From contig OY760686.1 in assembly GCA_963663865.1 (NCBI GenBank), positions 2,464,001 through 2,528,000 of the forward strand: a stretch of DNA of 64,000 nt, given 5' to 3'. The translations under genes and the position numbers were made by a program. Position 1 is the stretch's first letter. Every line of letters starts with the position of its first letter. Of this stretch, positions 18,356 to 29,126 are shown piece by piece. Source of the DNA: Spirochaetota bacterium (lineage in GTDB: Bacteria > Spirochaetota > UBA4802 > UBA5550). Below the pieces are notes generated by a model. That model made no database searches. It worked only from the letters and a program-made list of their open reading frames with translations, and was not told the origin of the DNA.

Positions 18356-20439
18356 AGCCGGATATCAAGGATATTCTTGTCGTCTCTCTCACAGCTGCTA
18401 TTACAGCCATTGCATCCATCATGCTCTATGTGGAGTTTACCGCCGGAGCGGAAACAACAAGCACTGAGCCAATCGGAAAAATAATCTACAAGAAAAAAAA
18501 GACACAGCGCAAGTACACCAACCAGGTTATATGGGAAGATGTCAGCCAGTATGCGACAGTCTACAACTACGACACCATCAGAACTGACGCCGATTCCGCG
18601 TCGATACTGCAGCTGAAGGACGGTTCTGAGATTGAGCTTAATGAAAACACACTTATCCTGGTCAGCCTCAGCGGAGACAGGGCCGCCATTGACTTCAGTC
18701 AGGGAGCTATAAGCGCGAACAGCTCAGGCAGTCTGAGCATCTCCGCCGGTGGGGCTGTAATTGACACCAAAAAAAGCAGCATCAACCTGAGAGCTGGAGG
18801 GCCCGGTTCAGGAATCAGCGTAAACGTTCAGTCAGGTTCGGCGAAGATTGGCGGAACAGAGCTTGATTCCGGCAAAAAGGCACTTATCACCGAGAGCTCC
18901 GCGGACATTCAGGAAAAGGCATTTATCCCCATATCGCCGTCTGAAAACATGCACATAGTTACCTCTCAAAAGTCTTATAGAGTCGATTTTTCGTGGAAAA
19001 AAGCCGCTGAGAAAGTATCCGCCCGATTTGAGCTTTCAGACAAACCCGATTTTTCAAGGTTAATAGCGCGCGTTAATCAGAAGGTGAACACTTACAGCGT
19101 TGTACTGCAGGCAGGCAGCTATTACTGGCGAGTTCTGCCGGACGGCCGAACAGCTGATTCGGTAAACAGCGCCGCCTTCACTGTCATCTCAGACAGAGCA
19201 CAATCCGCCGTCTCGCCTTCAAATGGAAGCTCCGTATCATCAGCCGGAGGCGTAGCTCTTTCCTGGATAGGCAGCGAGTACGCTTCTTCCTATGAAGTCA
19301 CGATCTCCAGCCGCCGTGACTTTTCCGAAAACGTAAGGAAAATCAGCTCCACCCTGCCCCGTATAACCGTACCCGATTTCGCAGAGGGAACGTACTACTG
19401 GAAAATCAGAAATATTTACCCATATTTAAATCAGGGCGGCTCCGTTGAAAGCGCACCAGCGAGCTTTAATGCTTTAGGCGCTGAAAAGCTCTTACCTCCA
19501 AAACCTGTAAACCCTGAAAACAGAGTCACTCTGAGCGCTGTACAGTTATCACATGACGGGCTCATGTTCAGCTGGAAAAGCGAATATGCTTTTCAAAAAT
19601 ATTTGATTGAGGTCTCCGATTCAGAAGACTTCTCCAATCCGGTCATCAGGGCGGAACTACCCGGAACCTATTATCTCTCCAGGGCCCGGCTTGCTTCAGG
19701 CAGTTATTTATGGAGGATAACGGCCTTCAGCGCGGGCAAGGACGTAGTTTCAGAAAACAATGTTTTTACAGTGGTTCCATCGCTTCCCATTCGCGCGATA
19801 TCTCCTTCAGACGGAGGAAGCGTAAACCCTGCCGAAGGAGCAGGCAATGTAAAGTTCAGCTGGCTTGATCCCAATCGTGCGCGCGGATACACTCTTGATA
19901 TTTCTGCCGACAGGGATTTCAAAGAAATACTGCATTCTGAAACAGTGTCACAGAGCTCGCTGACCTATAAACCTGAAAGCTATGGATTGCATTATTGGAG
20001 AGTACGCACTTCCGCAGCCAGCCCTGAACTCTCGGTCAGCAGCCCTGCATTCTCGTTCATCATTACCGGTAAAACGCCGCCGCCAAAGCTGCTATACCCG
20101 TCCGAAAGCCTCATTGTAGACATGTCGAGCCTCAACTCACTGAACTTCAGGTGGGAAGCTTCCGCCGGTGCTTCAGTTTACAGGTTAAGCCTCAAACAGT
20201 ACACGGGCCTTACCCCGCGGACAGTTTTCAAGACTGAAGTCAAAGGTACGCGCTTCAGCTTCAGAGAGCTGGAAAAGCTTGATGAAGGAAACTTCGTAGC
20301 TGAACTTGAAGCTGTCAGAATGAACGGAAGCTCTGTAAGCGACATCAGTCCGGCGGCCACTGTACACTTTACTATTACGCTAAAAAGCGCCCTTTCAAAT
20401 CCAAACTTTATATCACCAAGGGTAATCTATGTCAGGTAG
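18352..20439 (+). CDS. FecR-domain protein with tandem Ig/FN3-like repeats
   Basis: N-terminal TM; FecR signature DTIRTDADS..LQLKDGSEIELNENT; about 5 repeats of FSW..Y.(L/I)EIS...DF....G.YYW; ATGA overlap with the cyclase. Confidence 0.82.
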   Translation: MKPDIKDILVVSLTAAITAIASIMLYVEFTAGAETTSTEPIGKIIYKKKKTQRKYTNQVIWEDVSQYATVYNYDTIRTDADSASILQLKDGSEIELNENTLILVSLSGDRAAIDFSQGAISANSSGSLSISAGGAVIDTKKSSINLRAGGPGSGISVNVQSGSAKIGGTELDSGKKALITESSADIQEKAFIPISPSENMHIVTSQKSYRVDFSWKKAAEKVSARFELSDKPDFSRLIARVNQKVNTYSVVLQAGSYYWRVLPDGRTADSVNSAAFTVISDRAQSAVSPSNGSSVSSAGGVALSWIGSEYASSYEVTISSRRDFSENVRKISSTLPRITVPDFAEGTYYWKIRNIYPYLNQGGSVESAPASFNALGAEKLLPPKPVNPENRVTLSAVQLSHDGLMFSWKSEYAFQKYLIEVSDSEDFSNPVIRAELPGTYYLSRARLASGSYLWRITAFSAGKDVVSENNVFTVVPSLPIRAISPSDGGSVNPAEGAGNVKFSWLDPNRARGYTLDISADRDFKEILHSETVSQSSLTYKPESYGLHYWRVRTSAASPELSVSSPAFSFIITGKTPPPKLLYPSESLIVDMSSLNSLNFRWEASAGASVYRLSLKQYTGLTPRTVFKTEVKGTRFSFRELEKLDEGNFVAELEAVRMNGSSVSDISPAATVHFTITLKSALSNPNFISPRVIYVR

Positions 20440-21793
20440 AAGATTACATTCATTGCTGACAGCAGTATTCTCGGCGGCCCTCATTCTCGCAGCTGCGGTA
20501 TCAACAGCAGCTCCGGCAGCGCGCCCGGTAATACAATGGGAGGCTGTACCTGACGCTACAGGTTACCTTGTTGAGGTCAAAGACGCTTCGGGAAAAATTG
20601 TTTACAGCGACAGGACCCGTGTGCCAAGGGCTGCCGTTAATCTTAAATACGGAAACTACAGGGCAAGGGTTGCCCCCCTGAACAAGTTCGGGCGCCCTTC
20701 CTCATGGAGCAGCTGGTTCAACTTCAACGTTGTCAAGTCGCTTGAGCCTTCATTTACATCGGTTAGCCCTTCAATTGTAATACCCGAGTCAGGCGATATT
20801 GAAATCACAATCAGGGGCGGAAACTTCATGAACGGCTGCAGGGTATTCCTCTCAGCCGACGGAGCAAGGATACAGCCCGACCGTACAGAGCTTATCTCCG
20901 ATACCACGCTCAGGGTCACTCTGCCTTCGGGAATAAAAGCGGGCGGGAAAACTGACATTGTAATCGAAAACCCCGGCGGGAGTTCTGTTACCGCTGCCGG
21001 GGCATTGACTGTAACAAGAGAGCCCGTAATAGACTCAATCTCACCTTCCCGTATAAGAAAAACCGGAGAAAAGGTATTGATAACCGTTGAAGGCGACATG
21101 TTCATGTCTGAGGTTAATGCGCACATCATTTATGACGGCAGAAAGATTGTTCCTGAAAAGGTAAGCCGAATATCCCAAAAACTGATGACTTTCATGCTCG
21201 ACACCTCCGGTCTTTCAGCAGGAACATGTGATGTCGCGGTGGTCAATCCCGGCGGCTCTGCCTCGGTTGAGAATAATGCGCTTACCATCACCGAGTTTTC
21301 AGGATTCTACATAGGAACTTCAATCGCCTATGACAACCTGCTGCCGGAATGGAGCAATGTAATAAAAAATACATTCAGGGCTCCCGATTTATATTTCGGA
21401 TATCATCCAGATTTTGACCTGCCTGTAATAAGGCATCTCGGTTTTGAGGCCTCTATTTCCTATTTAAAATATGACGGTATAAACTCTTTCGATATGACCT
21501 CGATTCAGCCGTGTGCAGGAATATTTCTCGATTTCGCCATGCCCTTTGCTCATTTCGTATCGTTAGTAGCCCGTGGCGGCGGCGGATTGCAGTACTCATC
21601 CATACGAGACTACATGTATGCCGAAACAGAAATCACATCATACGATCCTTTCATCTATGCCGGCGGCTCAATTAGATTTCGAATTTTTTCTCGCCTCTTC
21701 ATCGAAAGCGGAGCATCGTATTTCAACACTTTTTACATAGACAGAGAGCTCTCTTCTGTTCGATATTTTATCCGCGCAGGAGTTATTTTCTGA
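20429..21793 (+). CDS. Putative outer-membrane protein: FN3-like + 2 IPT/TIG + C-terminal beta-barrel
   Basis: Signal peptide; IQWEAVPDATGYLVEV; two PxxxS(V/I)SP...IT(I/V).G..F...V.NPGG repeats; ends FIRAGVIF; overlaps the upstream gene. Confidence 0.7.
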   Translation: MSGRRLHSLLTAVFSAALILAAAVSTAAPAARPVIQWEAVPDATGYLVEVKDASGKIVYSDRTRVPRAAVNLKYGNYRARVAPLNKFGRPSSWSSWFNFNVVKSLEPSFTSVSPSIVIPESGDIEITIRGGNFMNGCRVFLSADGARIQPDRTELISDTTLRVTLPSGIKAGGKTDIVIENPGGSSVTAAGALTVTREPVIDSISPSRIRKTGEKVLITVEGDMFMSEVNAHIIYDGRKIVPEKVSRISQKLMTFMLDTSGLSAGTCDVAVVNPGGSASVENNALTITEFSGFYIGTSIAYDNLLPEWSNVIKNTFRAPDLYFGYHPDFDLPVIRHLGFEASISYLKYDGINSFDMTSIQPCAGIFLDFAMPFAHFVSLVARGGGGLQYSSIRDYMYAETEITSYDPFIYAGGSIRFRIFSRLFIESGASYFNTFYIDRELSSVRYFIRAGVIF

Positions 21794-21820
21794 TTTTTGG
21801 AAAAAAACTTGACTGAAAAG

Positions 21821-21854
21821 ACAATATCACTATATCAAGATATATTGATATTGT
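21821..21854. promoter_or_regulatory. Palindromic operator upstream of metH (SahR/SamR-like)
   Basis: 34-bp near-perfect palindrome containing ATATCAA-N6-TTGATAT (21832-21851), just downstream of TTGACT. Confidence 0.6.
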
Positions 21855-21867
21855 TTATGGAGACTCT

Positions 21868-24297
21868 ATGAATTTCAAAGAAAGACTGAATCAGAGAACA
21901 CCAATTCTTCTCGACGGAGGGATGGGGACTGTACTCTTCGAAAAACTGCCCGGATATGAAGGGGCCTTCGAACTTCTGAACTCTGAAAATCCGGACGTAA
22001 TTGAGGATATACACAGCCTCTATCTGGAAGCCGGTTCAGAAATGATAGAAACAAACACCTTCGGCGGAAGCCGTCTCAAGCTTGCCGAATTCGGGCTTAG
22101 GGAGAGATGCGAAGAAATAAATGAAAAAGGCGCCTCACTTGCCAGAAGGGCGGCAGACCGATACAACGCTTTCGTCGGCGGTTCCGTGGGCCCGACAGGC
22201 CTTCTCGCTGAGCCGATGGGAGAAACGCCTGCTGAAACGATATACGAGTCATTCGCCGCACAGATGCGCGGGCTCTCCCGCGGCGGGGCGGACGCGATAA
22301 TCATTGAGACAATGACGGACGTACAGGAAGCCAAACTCGCGCTGCTGGCAGCCAGAGACAACACCGATCTTCCTGTAATTTGCAGTATGACTTTTGACTT
22401 ATCCGGCAAAACTCCAACCGGCAGCGACATGCTCACTGCATTCACCACGCTTGCATCAGCCGGAGCTTCAATGGTCGGAGCCAACTGCGGCATGGGGCCC
22501 GCTCAAATAGTTAAGCTCTACAGCTTATCAATAAGCGCCCTGAAAGAAGCCGGAATTCCGCTTTCCGCGTGGTCGAATGCCGGACTTCCGGAAATGATCG
22601 ACGGCAAAACACATTACGGGCTGAGAGAGGATTCCTTCGCTGCCTCTTCAATCGAGCTCGTCGAAATGGGTATACAGCTTATCGGGGGTTGCTGCGGCAC
22701 GAGGCCTTCTCACATCAAGGCACTTGCAGATCTCCTGTCGCAGCATAATATAACATCGCCTGCTTACAGCTTCAGGCACAGGGCAGTCACATCCCGCACG
22801 TCACGCTTCAGCTTCGAAGATAGCGGCCTTGTCGTTGTCGGCGAGAGGCTTAATCCGTCGGCGCGCAAAGCTTTTGCGAAGGACCTGAGCGAGGGAAGGC
22901 AGACATTCCTGAGGCAGGAGGCCGTCAAACAGAAAGAGGAAGGCGCGCATATCCTTGATATCAATGTCGGGCTTCCGGGTATTGACGAAAAGTCAGCAAT
23001 GAAAAAATCGGTGACGGTGCTTTCAAACTCGGTTGATATCCCCCTGATGATCGATTCAGACAATCCGGAGGTAATTGAAGCCGCGCTTATGACGTGTCCC
23101 GGAATTCCGATTGTTAACTCAATTAACGCTACCGATAAAAGCATCGAGACCATTCTTCCGCTCATTAAAAGATTCGGCTGCTTCGTTGTCGGGCTTTGTC
23201 TCGACGAGGGCGGAATTTTTCCGGATTCCGCCAGGCGTATCGCTGCCGGCGAAAAGCTCCTTTCACGTCTCGCTGAGGCTGGCGTAACCAGCGACAGGGT
23301 TTTCATTGATCCGCTTGTTCTTACCGAGAGCGCGGAACCGGGCTCCGCGATTGAAACCCTGAAGGTCATTTCGCATTTCAGCTCGAAGGGCATTAAAACA
23401 TCTGTAGGCCTGAGCAATATATCCTTCGGTCTGCCGCAGCGCAAGTTTATTAACTCCGCGTTTTTGAAGGCGTCGATTCAAAACGGCCTCACAGCGGCTA
23501 TAGTAAATCCCGTCACCGCGCAGTTCTCTGACGCACTGGAACTCTCTGATGAAGAAAAGCTCGCGTCAGATTTCCTCAACGGCTCCGACCCGGGGGCTTC
23601 CGCATACATTGAGCATTTTAAAAATTCAGGGGGGGATAATGCCGCAGCCGCTTCAGCGCCTTCGGCTCCGCCTGAAAACATAATGGAATTACTTTTCAAC
23701 TACGTCGTGGAAGGCAATTCTGACGATATCGAGACAGCGCTGGACGAAGCTCTGAAAGATCACAGCCCTTCGGATATAATGAACCAGGCCCTTCTTCAAG
23801 GCCTCGAAAAAGTCGGCGAGCTCTACAGCTCCGGCGAATACTTTCTGCCGCAGATGATTTCATCGGCGAACGCGATGAAGAAAGGTTTTCTTAAGCTCAA
23901 ACCTATGCTGACAGATAAGTCGACTCCAAGACTCGGCCGGGCCGTAATATGCACAGTTAAAGGAGACATTCACGATATCGGCAAAAACATAGTCGCGATG
24001 ATGATGGAAAACCACGGATTCGAGGTCACAGACCTCGGAAAAGATGTTCCGTGCGAAACAATTATTCAGACAGCGCTTGACTCTCAGGCTGACCTGATAT
24101 GCCTCAGCTCGCTGCTCACCACAACGATGGGCGAGATGAAGAACGTTCGCGAAACGCTCAATCAAAGAGGAATCGATATTCCTGTTATGATAGGCGGCGC
24201 CGTTGTTACGGATGATTACGCAAGGTCGATCGGAGCTCACTACTCCTCTGATGCTGTGGAATGCGTAAAGGTAGCTAAATCCATACTCGGAGTATAA
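21868..24297 (+). CDS. metH: Cobalamin-dependent methionine synthase, short form lacking the AdoMet reactivation domain
   Basis: LDGGMGT, GANC, GGCCGT (Hcy/Zn domain); GERLNPS pterin-binding domain; GDIHDIGKNIV B12 motif; ends after the B12 domain. Confidence 0.9.
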   Translation: MNFKERLNQRTPILLDGGMGTVLFEKLPGYEGAFELLNSENPDVIEDIHSLYLEAGSEMIETNTFGGSRLKLAEFGLRERCEEINEKGASLARRAADRYNAFVGGSVGPTGLLAEPMGETPAETIYESFAAQMRGLSRGGADAIIIETMTDVQEAKLALLAARDNTDLPVICSMTFDLSGKTPTGSDMLTAFTTLASAGASMVGANCGMGPAQIVKLYSLSISALKEAGIPLSAWSNAGLPEMIDGKTHYGLREDSFAASSIELVEMGIQLIGGCCGTRPSHIKALADLLSQHNITSPAYSFRHRAVTSRTSRFSFEDSGLVVVGERLNPSARKAFAKDLSEGRQTFLRQEAVKQKEEGAHILDINVGLPGIDEKSAMKKSVTVLSNSVDIPLMIDSDNPEVIEAALMTCPGIPIVNSINATDKSIETILPLIKRFGCFVVGLCLDEGGIFPDSARRIAAGEKLLSRLAEAGVTSDRVFIDPLVLTESAEPGSAIETLKVISHFSSKGIKTSVGLSNISFGLPQRKFINSAFLKASIQNGLTAAIVNPVTAQFSDALELSDEEKLASDFLNGSDPGASAYIEHFKNSGGDNAAAASAPSAPPENIMELLFNYVVEGNSDDIETALDEALKDHSPSDIMNQALLQGLEKVGELYSSGEYFLPQMISSANAMKKGFLKLKPMLTDKSTPRLGRAVICTVKGDIHDIGKNIVAMMMENHGFEVTDLGKDVPCETIIQTALDSQADLICLSSLLTTTMGEMKNVRETLNQRGIDIPVMIGGAVVTDDYARSIGAHYSSDAVECVKVAKSILGV

Positions 24298-24302
24298 ATT
24301 GA

Positions 24303-24320
24303 GGCCGGATTATTCCGGCC
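24303..24320. terminator. Stem-loop between convergent metH and folD
   Basis: GGCCGGA/TCCGGCC hairpin. Confidence 0.45.
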
Positions 24321-24367
24321 CAATTCATACTATTTCCTGCAGCTACATCCACCCGCCAAAAAATGAG

Positions 24368-25249
24368 CTACATCGATTCGTGAAGTTTGTAAGCCTTAAG
24401 CGTGTTCTTCATCAGCATGGAAATTGTCATCGGCCCTACTCCGCCCGGCACGGGCGTAATGGCCGAAGCTACGGGGAAGACCCCTTCATAATCAACATCA
24501 CCGCAAAGCTTTGTCTTGCCCTCTTCGTCCGGATGAGGAACCCTGTTCATGCCTACATCTATGACTACTACACCCGGTTTAACCATGCCGGCTGTAACGG
24601 TGTTAGGCCTTCCGGCCGCCACTATCAGTATGTCAGCCTGCTTTGTGTAGAGCGAAATATCCGGGGCGCCGGTATGACAGACAGTAACAACGCAGTTTGC
24701 TCTCTCGTTTTTCTGAAGCATCATGCTTGCTACGGGTTTGCCAACAATATTGCTTCTGCCTACTACTACAACATGCTTGCCCCTGAGGTCCTTTACCGTG
24801 CGGTAAATCAGCTCCTGGCAGCCGTATGGCGTGCACGGGAAAAAGCAGTCGTCTGAACCTATTGATATCTTGCCGACATTTTCAGGGTGAAAGCCGTCAA
24901 CATCCTTGAGGGGGCTTATCCTCTTTATTACGGCCTCCTCGCTGATATGTGCTGGAAGCGGAAGCTGCACGAGTATTCCGTCAACCTTATTGTCACCGTT
25001 CAGGCTGTCAATAAGCTCAAGCAGCTCCTTCTCGGATGTCTTTTCATTCAGCTCATGCTTATATGAGATAATACCGGTTTCCTCGCATGCCTTTACCTTG
25101 TTTCTAACGTAAATCGAAGAAGCCGGGTCGCTGCCGACAAGCACCACTGCAAGCCCCGGCTTTCTGACTCCCGTCATTTTAGCTGTTTCCGCCCTGACCT
25201 CATCGCGTATTTCCTGAGAAATCCTCTTCCCGTCTATGATTTCAGCCAT
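24368..25249 (-). CDS. folD: Bifunctional methylene-THF dehydrogenase/cyclohydrolase
   Basis: YVRNK, GILVQLPLP, KDVDGFH, PCTP, GRSNIVGKP, TPVPGGVGPMT. Confidence 0.97.
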   Translation of the reverse strand: MAEIIDGKRISQEIRDEVRAETAKMTGVRKPGLAVVLVGSDPASSIYVRNKVKACEETGIISYKHELNEKTSEKELLELIDSLNGDNKVDGILVQLPLPAHISEEAVIKRISPLKDVDGFHPENVGKISIGSDDCFFPCTPYGCQELIYRTVKDLRGKHVVVVGRSNIVGKPVASMMLQKNERANCVVTVCHTGAPDISLYTKQADILIVAAGRPNTVTAGMVKPGVVVIDVGMNRVPHPDEEGKTKLCGDVDYEGVFPVASAITPVPGGVGPMTISMLMKNTLKAYKLHESM

Positions 25250-25600
25250 AACATCCCCCCATTTATTTGTTTTACGCTTTATACATCACATTGCTATTGG
25301 CAATAATATTCATACAGAATTTCACTGAGCTTGAACAGAAACCTGCCTCAGACGTCATATTCTGACAAAATCCTCCTTTCAAGTTTACAAACAGTATAAT
25401 ATTTGTAAAGCACAGTATTGAAATTGCTCTTATTTGCACTTGACATATCCCGTTCTTAAAAGTACTTGAAGACAACAAACAAATAAACATTCACATTATT
25501 TGCCGTATTTTGAGATTTTCCGCGAAATGCCGCGCATATCTCAGCATCTGAAATAATAAAACCGCAAACCAGATACGGTTATAATAATCAGGAGGATACA

Positions 25601-27451
25601 ATGTCAATCCCACTTAGAAGCAATACAAGCACTCAGGGCAGAAAAATGGCGGGAGCCAGAAGCCTCTGGCGGGCAAACGGCATGAAAGAAGAACAAATTG
25701 GCAAACCGGTCATAGCCATTGCCAACTCGTTCACACAGTTCGTTCCCGGCCATGTTCATCTGCACGAGGTAGGACAATACGTAAAATCTGTAATTGAGGA
25801 ATTGGGCTGCTTTGCCGCTGAATTCAACACAATCGCCATAGACGACGGCATTGCCATGGGTCATGGCGGTATGCTGTACTCCCTACCCTCCCGTGATCTA
25901 ATAGCCGACAGCGTGGAGTACATGTGCAACGCCCATACAGCAGACGCGCTCATCTGCATTTCAAACTGCGATAAAATTACCCCGGGAATGCTTATGGCTG
26001 CAATGAGGCTCAACATTCCTGCAATAATTGTGACCGGCGGGCCTATGGAAGCCGGCATATTCAAGGGTGAGAAAAAAGACCTTATTGATGCCATTGTAAT
26101 GAGCGCCGACCCCACTCAGTCAGACGAAGACGTAGCTGAGCTGGAAACCGTAGCATGTCCAACCTGCGGTTCATGCTCGGGAATGTTTACAGCTAACTCA
26201 ATGAACTGTCTTTCAGAGGCCCTGGGTCTCGCGCTGCCGGGCAACGGCACAATTGTCGCTACCCATGCCAACAGAAAGAAGCTGTTTACAACTGCAGCGA
26301 AGAGAATCGTTGAGATGGCAAAAGCATATTATGAAAATGAAGACAGCTCTGTACTCCCGCGCTCAATAGCGACCCGCGAGGCCTTTCTGAACGCCATGTC
26401 CCTCGACATTGCAATGGGAGGCTCTACAAACACGGTACTCCATCTTCTTGCTGTTGCCAACGCAGGCGAAGTGCATTTCACAATGAAGGATATCGACAAT
26501 CTTTCCCGCAAAATACCCAACATATGCAAGGTTGCTCCAAGCTCCCACTATCACATTGAGGACGTCAACCGCGCCGGCGGAATACTCGGCATACTGGCCG
26601 AGCTCAACCGCATGGGCCTGCTCAACCATTCAGCTATCCGGGTAGACGGCTTGACTCTCGGAGAGGCCATATCCGCCTACGACATAATGAGTCCGGAAGT
26701 CAAAGATGAGGCACTGGAATTATACTCAAGCGCCCCCGCTCATTCGGGCCGCAACCTCAAGTTCGCTTCACAGGCATCAAAGTACAAAGAGCTCGACAGA
26801 GACAGAAAAACCGGCTGCATAAGAACCGGAGATAATGCCTACAACAAAGAAGGCGGACTTGCCGTCCTCTTCGGCAACATCGCACAGGACGGCTGCATCG
26901 TCAAAACGGCAGGTGTCGACCCTTCAATCTACAAATTTTCCGGCACCGCGAAGGTATTCTTTTCACAGGACGCGGCGGTTGAGGCCATTATCGATGGTAA
27001 AATCAAATCCGGCGACGTCGTTGTTATCCGTTACGAGGGCCCTAAGGGCGGCCCCGGAATGCAGGAGATGCTTTATCCCACATCATACATTAACTCAATG
27101 AAGCTGGGAAAGGAATGCGCGCTCGTCACTGACGGAAGATTTTCCGGAGGAACCGCCGGTCTCTCAATCGGCCACGTGTCACCTGAAGCAGCCTCCGGAG
27201 GAAACATAGGCCTGGTTGAAGACGGCGATATTATCGATATTGACATACCTGCAAGAACAATCAGCGTTAGAATTACCGACAAGGAGCTCAATTCCAGAAG
27301 GGAGAAAGAGCTTGTAAAGGGTGACAGGGCGTTTAAACCGGTAGGGAGAGACAGGAAGGTGTCACAGGCTCTGATGACCTACTCGCTGCTCGCCTCATCC
27401 GCTGACAGAGGAGCGGTCAGGCTTCTGCCGGAATCATGCAAAATCGACTGA
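25601..27451 (+). CDS. ilvD: Dihydroxy-acid dehydratase
   Basis: [53 protein letters not shown]. Confidence 0.97.
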   Translation: MSIPLRSNTSTQGRKMAGARSLWRANGMKEEQIGKPVIAIANSFTQFVPGHVHLHEVGQYVKSVIEELGCFAAEFNTIAIDDGIAMGHGGMLYSLPSRDLIADSVEYMCNAHTADALICISNCDKITPGMLMAAMRLNIPAIIVTGGPMEAGIFKGEKKDLIDAIVMSADPTQSDEDVAELETVACPTCGSCSGMFTANSMNCLSEALGLALPGNGTIVATHANRKKLFTTAAKRIVEMAKAYYENEDSSVLPRSIATREAFLNAMSLDIAMGGSTNTVLHLLAVANAGEVHFTMKDIDNLSRKIPNICKVAPSSHYHIEDVNRAGGILGILAELNRMGLLNHSAIRVDGLTLGEAISAYDIMSPEVKDEALELYSSAPAHSGRNLKFASQASKYKELDRDRKTGCIRTGDNAYNKEGGLAVLFGNIAQDGCIVKTAGVDPSIYKFSGTAKVFFSQDAAVEAIIDGKIKSGDVVVIRYEGPKGGPGMQEMLYPTSYINSMKLGKECALVTDGRFSGGTAGLSIGHVSPEAASGGNIGLVEDGDIIDIDIPARTISVRITDKELNSRREKELVKGDRAFKPVGRDRKVSQALMTYSLLASSADRGAVRLLPESCKID

Positions 27452-27507
27452 TGAGCAAACAAATGCCGAGATGAGAAGCCGTCCCCGGCCTTAAGCCCGC
27501 TTATAAC

Positions 27508-27543
27508 GAAAGCAGCCTTCATCGGCTGCTTTCTTCTTTTTTC
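27508..27543 (+). terminator. Intrinsic terminator after ilvD
   Basis: GAAAGCAGCC/GGCTGCTTTC stem followed by a T tract. Confidence 0.75.
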
Positions 27544-27544
27544 T

Positions 27545-28357
27545 CTATTTTGGCCACGGATTCCAGTCTCCCCAATTGTCGTAGTACTCCTGTAAGGAAG
27601 GAATCTTTTCTATGTTTGCCTCAATGTAGGCCTTTGCTTCTCTGACTATTTCCTGCTCTTTCTCGATTTTCAGATCACCCTGCAACACTCTTGTTCTTAG
27701 AAAGACAAAGTACGTGTCGAGAACATCGTGAACGCAGTAATCATTTATCTCCCGAATTTTACCCTGCAGGAACATATCATAAACATCGCTTCCCTTGGTT
27801 CCCATCTTTCCCGGCTTGCCCAGGACTTTTGCGAGAAGATTAAGGCCTCCGTTCATCCGAATAGCGCTGTAATTTGACAGATAATCCTGAAGATCAATGT
27901 GTTTGGTACCAAACCTGAATCTGCCGGCAAACTTGTCGACGAAATGCCTCTTGGCGGTGAAGCCGTATCTGTAGGCCATAAGCTCAAGAAGTGGAATATC
28001 AAAGCCTCGCCCGTTAAAGGTTACCATAGAGGCATGACCGTAAATTTCCTCTATTCCCAGCCAGAAAAGACGCGTCATTTCTGCCGGACGGAATTTAGGA
28101 TCATCGAGACAGACAATTTCAGCAAGCCTGAAGTCAGAGGTCACCTTTGCGACTGTCACAGAGACTGGATACTGGAATGTTGCAGGTATAAAATCAGAGC
28201 TTCCATTGCTCTGTTCGAGCAGCTCTCCCTGATACTTCCTTACAGCCTCATCATCCGTAAGCTCCTCTTCAGGATAGCGGCACATTTTAATAAGCTTTGC
28301 GTCTGGTACTGATTCCACATCAAATACAAGATATTTAACTTCCTTTGAATCAATCAT
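27545..28357 (-). CDS. PolB-like 3'-5' exonuclease (DEDDy, WlaX-like)
   Basis: VFDVE (Exo I), TFNGRGFDIP (Exo II), YCVHDV (Exo III). Confidence 0.82.
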   Translation of the reverse strand: MIDSKEVKYLVFDVESVPDAKLIKMCRYPEEELTDDEAVRKYQGELLEQSNGSSDFIPATFQYPVSVTVAKVTSDFRLAEIVCLDDPKFRPAEMTRLFWLGIEEIYGHASMVTFNGRGFDIPLLELMAYRYGFTAKRHFVDKFAGRFRFGTKHIDLQDYLSNYSAIRMNGGLNLLAKVLGKPGKMGTKGSDVYDMFLQGKIREINDYCVHDVLDTYFVFLRTRVLQGDLKIEKEQEIVREAKAYIEANIEKIPSLQEYYDNWGDWNPWPK

Positions 28358-28549
28358 TTCTCTTCCGTATTAATTAAATTTTATGCTGTTGGAATATTAA
28401 CTGGCGCACAATCGATGTCCAGCGTTTTTTAAAGTGATGGCTATGAGCGATACTTCGCTAAGGGCAGATTATTATGTTTGAACAATAAACGAAAGCATGC
28501 CGCTTATGCAGCATGCTCAGATCAATTCACATTTCAGGAATATAAGTTA

Positions 28550-29002
28550 CTATTTGCCTGACGCCTTGACAGCCATTCTTTCCAGGAAATCCTTCATGAA
28601 TGGATCAGTCTCTTTTTCCTTTGATTTCTGCCAGACATCAATAGATTTCTTGGAGCCTATCCTGACCGAAGACATCAACGCCGCGTAGCGCACATCAGCG
28701 CTTGAATCGTTGAGCAGGGCATCATGAAGAGCATCAAGCTTCTCATCATCTCCAATATATCCAAGTGCTGTCACGCAATTAAGCCTGACTGCCTTTCTGC
28801 TGTCTTTAAGGAGAGCGTTCAGCTTATCAACGGCCTTCTTTTCCTCTTTTTCACCAAGCCAATTTGCAGCATCAACAATAACCTTCTCATCTTTAGCCGG
28901 ATCAAGGTCGGCAAGAGATGATTCAACTGTCCTGGTTTCTGCTGAACTAAGCGCGACGGCCGCGGATAATATCATAACTAAAACTGCTGATAGCTTCTTC
29001 AT
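28550..29002 (-). CDS. Exported HEAT-repeat protein
   Basis: Signal peptide MKKLSAVLVMILSAAVALS; LLKDSRKAVRLNCVTALG and LLNDSSADVRYAA repeats. Confidence 0.75.
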   Translation of the reverse strand: MKKLSAVLVMILSAAVALSSAETRTVESSLADLDPAKDEKVIVDAANWLGEKEEKKAVDKLNALLKDSRKAVRLNCVTALGYIGDDEKLDALHDALLNDSSADVRYAALMSSVRIGSKKSIDVWQKSKEKETDPFMKDFLERMAVKASGK

Positions 29003-29126
29003 AATGTTCTCCGTATAAGTTCATTAAATTTTACTCAGGCTGAAAACTGTCAGATTTACAACCACAGACGGCCCATCAGATTAACTGTTAAGCCCGAAGA
29101 AACTGTTTTTCAGCCTCAACTAAGTA

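Noticed and set aside
25250-25600. T-box or attenuator upstream of ilvD
   Set aside because: Small hairpins are present, but there is no T-box sequence and no Ile/Leu/Val leader peptide
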